From the IMG/VR virus record IMGVR_UViG_2595698649_000001, positions 32,001 to 96,000 of that record: a stretch of 64,000 nucleotides of DNA. One strand, written 5' to 3'. Positions 59,968 to 64,000 of this stretch are shown in pieces. Made by a program: the position numbers and the translations under genes. Origin of the DNA: a virus. Lineage: Duplodnaviria > Caudoviricetes. The notes below the pieces were generated by a model. It was not told where the DNA came from. It ran no database searches and saw only the letters and a list, made by a program, of their open reading frames with translations. Positions within the stretch are counted from its first letter, which is position 1; each line of letters begins with the position of its first letter.

Positions 59968-60414
59968 ATGACCAATTACAAAGCACTATCTATTTTTAAT
60001 TCACTTAAACCATTTACCGTAGGGTATGATGATTTATTTTCGCATTTTGACGAAATGACAACTCATCTACCTCACTTGACAGCAAACAATTTCCCACCAT
60101 ACAATATTGTTAAACATGACAGTAATAAGTATGATGTTGAAATGGCATTAGCAGGATACAGTAAAGATGATGTTATAGTTGAATACGAAAACAATCAACT
60201 AACAATTAAATCAAAACCATATCCTAAAGACGAAGAAAAGGAAGATACACAAACAATACACAAAGGTATTGCTAAAAGATATTTCTCTAAAGTCTTTACG
60301 ATTGCTGATGATGTAGAAGTCAAAGGTGCAGAACTAAAAGATGGTTTGCTTAAAGTAGGTTTAGAACGAATTGTTCCAGACCACAAGAAAGCAAAAACTT
60401 TTGAAATTAAGTAA
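59968..60414 (+). CDS. Small heat shock protein (Hsp20/IbpA family)
   Basis: 'NFPPYNI', 'EMALAGY', 'HKGIAKR.F...F.IAD.VEVKGAELKDGLL.V.LERIVP'. Confidence 0.95.
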   Translation: MTNYKALSIFNSLKPFTVGYDDLFSHFDEMTTHLPHLTANNFPPYNIVKHDSNKYDVEMALAGYSKDDVIVEYENNQLTIKSKPYPKDEEKEDTQTIHKGIAKRYFSKVFTIADDVEVKGAELKDGLLKVGLERIVPDHKKAKTFEIK

Positions 60415-60420
60415 ATAGAT

Positions 60421-60444
60421 GGGGCGGCTTAATCGCCGCCCTTT
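60421..60444 (+). terminator. Rho-independent terminator after hsp20
   Basis: GGGCGGC-TTAATC-GCCGCCC-TTT. Confidence 0.75.
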
Positions 60445-60453
60445 AATTATATT

Positions 60454-61034
60454 ATGATATTAGACCTATTTAAAATACCACTATACTCCGTAAATCTAAA
60501 CTTAGATACACAAAAAATTTCTGAGTATTGTTTGTTACATCAAATAGATAATGATGGCAGACAAGTTTCAAACGCAGGTGGTTATCAATCTAAAGACTTA
60601 GTAGGTGAACACCCACAATTAAATGACCTGTTTGTACAAATAGAAGAACATGGTAAAAGTTTTGCAACTAATTTACATTTGGGTAAAGTATTATTAGATA
60701 ACATATGGATTAATATTAACGAATACAAAGACCACAATTTACCACATGTACATAGTGATTGTGCCTTGTCTGGTGTATATTATACTCAGGTACCAATCGT
60801 CCCAAGTGGTGGTGAGATTGCCTTTAAGCATCCATCAATGTATATCAAACAAGAATGGAAGAATCCACAACTTCATACAAGTTATACAAGTAATATTATT
60901 GGCATGCCAGTACACGAAAATTGTTTGTATATTTTTCCATCTTGGTTAGAACATTTGGTAATGCCAAACATGACTAACGAAAAAGAATTTCAATTAGTTT
61001 CAATTTGAAGCTTGACAAAAGAGTAATTTTATGA
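60454..61034 (+). CDS. Putative 2OG-Fe(II) oxygenase, TIGR02466-like (apparent 1-nt frameshift at 60980-60984)
   Basis: 'SNAGGYQS', 'WININ....N.PH.H....LSGVYY', 'IFPSWLEH.V.PN'. The conserved 'RISISFN' is in the -1 frame. Confidence 0.8.
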
Positions 61035-61040
61035 TAGGAT
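61012..61040 (+). promoter_or_regulatory. Sigma70-type promoter TTGACA-N17-TAGGAT
   Basis: Same -10 variant as the promoters at 55354 and 57838. Confidence 0.65.
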
Positions 61041-61047
61041 GTATATT

Positions 61048-61359
61048 ATGAACTACAAATTTAAAGAAAAAATTATCTTAGATGATGTGATGAAATATAT
61101 TGATAACACTTACGGTGGTCATTATGCACAAAGTCAAAGACAATCTACAGAAAACATTATTGACCAAGGACATGGTGATGGTTTCTGTATGGGTAATATT
61201 ATGAAATATACCCAAAGATATGGCAAAAAAGAAGGCAAGAATAAGGCAGACCTTATGAAAGTTATTCATTATGCTGTAATACAATTGTCCCAAGACCACT
61301 ACAAAGAAGAAGAACGACCTCTTGGTAGTGTGATGTCTGAAAAACTTAATAATAACTAA
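61048..61359 (+). CDS. DUF3310-like protein (T7 gp1.7 nucleotide-kinase-related)
   Basis: 'HY....Q....I', 'GFCMGNIMKY..RYGKKEG....DL.K..HY'. Confidence 0.65.
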   Translation: MNYKFKEKIILDDVMKYIDNTYGGHYAQSQRQSTENIIDQGHGDGFCMGNIMKYTQRYGKKEGKNKADLMKVIHYAVIQLSQDHYKEEERPLGSVMSEKLNNN

Positions 61360-61371
61360 GGAGAATATATA

Positions 61372-62040
61372 ATGCAATTAAGCGAAAGTACAAAAGAGAT
61401 ACTTAAAAACTTTTCTGAGATTAATCCAAACTTGATGATTAAACCAGGTAAAGAATTAAAGACTATCTCTACAATGAAGAATATTCTTGCTACAGCAAAT
61501 GTAAGTGAAGAATTTCCACAAGATATCGCCATCTATGACTTGAATGAGTTTTTAGGCGTGATGTCATTATTTACAAAACCACAGTTTACCTTTGATGACA
61601 AATCGTTATCTATTGGTGAAGAAGGTACATCAACAAAGTCAAAATATTACTTTGCTGATCCTTCAATCTTAACTGTTCCACAAAAAGATGTAAAAATGCC
61701 TGAAGCAGAGGTACAGTTTACTCTAACTGAAACAGATTTAACTAAAGTGAAGAAAGCGGCGTCAATGTTACAATTGCCAGATATCGCTATTACTTCTAAA
61801 GGTAGTGATATCACATTATCAGCAATTGATAAAAAGAATGATACTGCTAATAACTTTAGTATTAAAGTTGGTGAAACAAACTCTAAATTTGAGTTTCATT
61901 TTAAAACAGAACATTTAAAAATGTTACCTGGTGATTACAATGTATCTATCTCATCAAAGTTAATTAGTAATTTTAAACATAAATCAAAACCAATTCAATA
62001 TTGGATTGCTTTAGAAAACACAAGTAAATTTACTGGCTAA
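61372..62040 (+). CDS. gp45: Sliding clamp gp45
   Basis: 'LS..T..ILKNFS.IN', 'IYDLNEFL', 'Y.FADPS', 'YWIALE'. Confidence 0.95.
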   Translation: MQLSESTKEILKNFSEINPNLMIKPGKELKTISTMKNILATANVSEEFPQDIAIYDLNEFLGVMSLFTKPQFTFDDKSLSIGEEGTSTKSKYYFADPSILTVPQKDVKMPEAEVQFTLTETDLTKVKKAASMLQLPDIAITSKGSDITLSAIDKKNDTANNFSIKVGETNSKFEFHFKTEHLKMLPGDYNVSISSKLISNFKHKSKPIQYWIALENTSKFTG

Positions 62041-62058
62041 TTAGATGAGGAATATATT

Positions 62059-63003
62059 ATGGAAAACTTTTTATGGGTTGAACAATATCGCCCTAGTAAG
62101 ATTGATGAATGTATCTTACCTACAGAAATTAAGAATACATTTAAACAGATAGTAAAACAAGGAGAAATACCTAACTTATTATTATCTGGTACAGCAGGTA
62201 CAGGTAAAACTACAATTGCGAAAGCATTATGTAATGAACTTGATTGTGATGTAATGATGATTAATGGTTCAGACGAAGGTCGTTCCATTGACATTGTAAG
62301 AAATCAAATCAAGTCATTTGCCAGTACAGTATCACTAAACGAAAGTAACAAACCTAAAGTAGTAATTGTTGACGAAGCAGACTATATGAATGCTGAGTCC
62401 GTGCAACCTGCTTTAAGAAACTTTATTGAAACTTTTAGTAATAACTGTAGATTTATTTTTACATGTAATTACAAAAACAAAATCATACCGGCAATTCACA
62501 GTAGATGTACTGTTATTAATTTTTCTACACAGAAAAAAGATAAAGAGAAATTAGCAGGTCAGTTTCATAAAAGATTATCCACAATACTAGACCAGGAAAA
62601 CATTGAGTTTGATCCTAAAGTATTGGCAGAATTAATTATAAAATTCTATCCAGACTTTAGAAGAACTATCAATGAATTACAGCGTTATAGTGTAAGTGGT
62701 AGAATAGACACAGGCATTTTAGTTAACATTGCTGAAATGAATATCCAAGGTCTCAACAAAGCGTTATCTAATAAACACTTTGGTGATATGAGAAAATGGG
62801 TAGTTGATAACATTGACAAGGATCCTACTGGTCTATATAAAGAACTATATCAAAACTTCTACGAAGTATTAAAGCCTGAAACAATACCTGCTATGATTAT
62901 ATTATTGGCAGAGTATCAGTACAAGAATGCTTTTGTAGCGGATCCTGAATTGAATATGGTCGCTTGCCTAACTGAAATAATGGGCGAGTGTAAATTCAAA
63001 TGA
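62059..63003 (+). CDS. gp44: Clamp loader large subunit gp44
   Basis: 'LWVEQYRP', 'GTAGTGKTT', 'INGSDE', 'DEAD', 'HSRC', 'PDFRR.INELQ'. Confidence 0.96.
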   Translation: MENFLWVEQYRPSKIDECILPTEIKNTFKQIVKQGEIPNLLLSGTAGTGKTTIAKALCNELDCDVMMINGSDEGRSIDIVRNQIKSFASTVSLNESNKPKVVIVDEADYMNAESVQPALRNFIETFSNNCRFIFTCNYKNKIIPAIHSRCTVINFSTQKKDKEKLAGQFHKRLSTILDQENIEFDPKVLAELIIKFYPDFRRTINELQRYSVSGRIDTGILVNIAEMNIQGLNKALSNKHFGDMRKWVVDNIDKDPTGLYKELYQNFYEVLKPETIPAMIILLAEYQYKNAFVADPELNMVACLTEIMGECKFK

Positions 63004-63458
63004 TAGGTTTAGGATACTTAGATTACTGCCAAAAACGAATAGACGAAGGATTATCAACCCAACAAACTAAAACTGGTTTTGGTTTTGAGGATCCTGGACA
63101 AGAGCGTTTTGTTGTTTACTTTGCAAGAACTCACATTATAGACCATCAAACTGGTATTGAAGCTAGAGGTTTATTAAAGATAGGTCGTGCTAAATTTGCA
63201 ACAGCACTACAAAGAAGTCGTAATCAACCTGGTTGTGATTTTCGTATCTATGCTGAAATAGTCTGTGAAACAAATAATCAAATCAAAGAACTAGAAAAGA
63301 AAGTAGAAAAATTTTTGGTTGATAAACATGTTGAACTGACACAAAATCAAAGAGAACTGTACGATATAAAAGATGATGAACTAAGACCTACGATTAAGGC
63401 AATACTTAATCATGTGTATTATTTTGAACCTAAGGAGGTATGTTACTATGGATGCTAG
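63000..63458 (+). CDS. Hypothetical protein, possible T5orf172/GIY-YIG-like nuclease domain
   Basis: 'VVYF...LLKIGR....R.R...ELEKKV...L...RELY' spacing. Confidence 0.4.
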   Translation: MIGLGYLDYCQKRIDEGLSTQQTKTGFGFEDPGQERFVVYFARTHIIDHQTGIEARGLLKIGRAKFATALQRSRNQPGCDFRIYAEIVCETNNQIKELEKKVEKFLVDKHVELTQNQRELYDIKDDELRPTIKAILNHVYYFEPKEVCYYGC

Positions 63459-64000
63459 AAAGGTATATGATTATTGGCATTGGTCAAATGTCATAAGTGA
63501 AAAAGACAGGCAAGGTATGATTAATAATTTCTTGCATAGGTCTTTAGGTGATGAGAAAGAAGAATTACAAGGACATAACGAACAAGGTAATATGAAAAAT
63601 GCTAAGGTTAAAACAATTAGTCTTGGTAGATTGCCAGAGATTAATCGTTTCTTAGATAGTGCCTATAAAACTAATAATGAAATTTTTGGTTATAATTTAT
63701 GGGAAAGAAATAACTTAGATGTAATGTTATTAAATAGATATACAAAAGATATGAACTATCATTGGCATACGGACGCCAGTAGAGACTTAGCACATGATAT
63801 TAAATTAACTTTTTTAATTAACTTATCAAATGACAATAGTTATGAAGGTGGTCAGTTTCAGATATATAATAATCTAACATTAACTTGTGATTTTAATCCA
63901 GGTGATATGATAATGTTTAAATCAGGATTACATCATAGAGTTACACCTATTACATCTGGTGAAAGAATATCATTAACACACTTTATGGTAGGACCTAGAT
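63448..64000 (+). CDS. 2OG-Fe(II) oxygenase, PKHD/P4H-type (3' truncated; not in ORF track)
   Basis: SD AAGGAGG then ATG 63448. Translation includes 'YHWHTD', 'KLTFLINLS...YEGGQF' and 'HHRVTPITSGERISL'. Confidence 0.85.
   Translation, partial: MDARKVYDYWHWSNVISEKDRQGMINNFLHRSLGDEKEELQGHNEQGNMKNAKVKTISLGRLPEINRFLDSAYKTNNEIFGYNLWERNNLDVMLLNRYTKDMNYHWHTDASRDLAHDIKLTFLINLSNDNSYEGGQFQIYNNLTLTCDFNPGDMIMFKSGLHHRVTPITSGERISLTHFMVGPR

Noticed and set aside
53575-61034. Pseudogene calls for the oxygenases at 53575 and 60454
   Set aside because: Each is restored by one extra A in a homopolymer, recovering conserved C-termini and, for the first, an ATGA overlap. This is consistent with sequencing error.
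1-64000. Alternative genetic code or stop-codon reassignment
   Set aside because: Core genes are full length under the standard code and end in TAA, TAG or TGA. The breaks seen are frameshifts, not in-frame stops.

Overview
A 64 kb, AT-rich segment of a marine T4-like myovirus. Gene content and order resemble pelagimyophage/cyanomyophage-type genomes; a SAR11-like or other marine proteobacterial host is inferred, not shown. It runs from the baseplate wedge (gp6, gp7, gp8, a VrlC/DUF4815-like protein) through four repeat-built tail-fibre genes and a glycine-rich adhesin. Next come the neck, terminase, tail and head genes (gp13-gp23, gp3), uvsY/uvsW/gp55/gp47/gp46, a VWA plus AAA (CobT/CobS-like) pair, a tRNA, rpsU, hsp20, gp45 and gp44. 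Thirteen 2OG-Fe(II)/cupin oxygenase-like genes and a flavin-dependent halogenase are interspersed among the core genes. Four observations stand out. (1) A T4 beta-glucosyltransferase-like gene sits beside JmjC-like and DUF4338-like genes, and every GATC I found in the window is in a GGATC/GATCC context, suggesting context-specific DNA hypermodification. (2) There is a non-canonical tRNA-Gly with an ACC anticodon. (3) A ROSE-like RNA thermometer and a three-hairpin putative small RNA lie upstream of hsp20. (4) The fibre array is modular and sits next to a probably late-expressed oxygenase operon. Four genes carry single-A deletions in homopolymers, most likely sequencing errors. All family assignments come from motif recognition by eye, without database searches.
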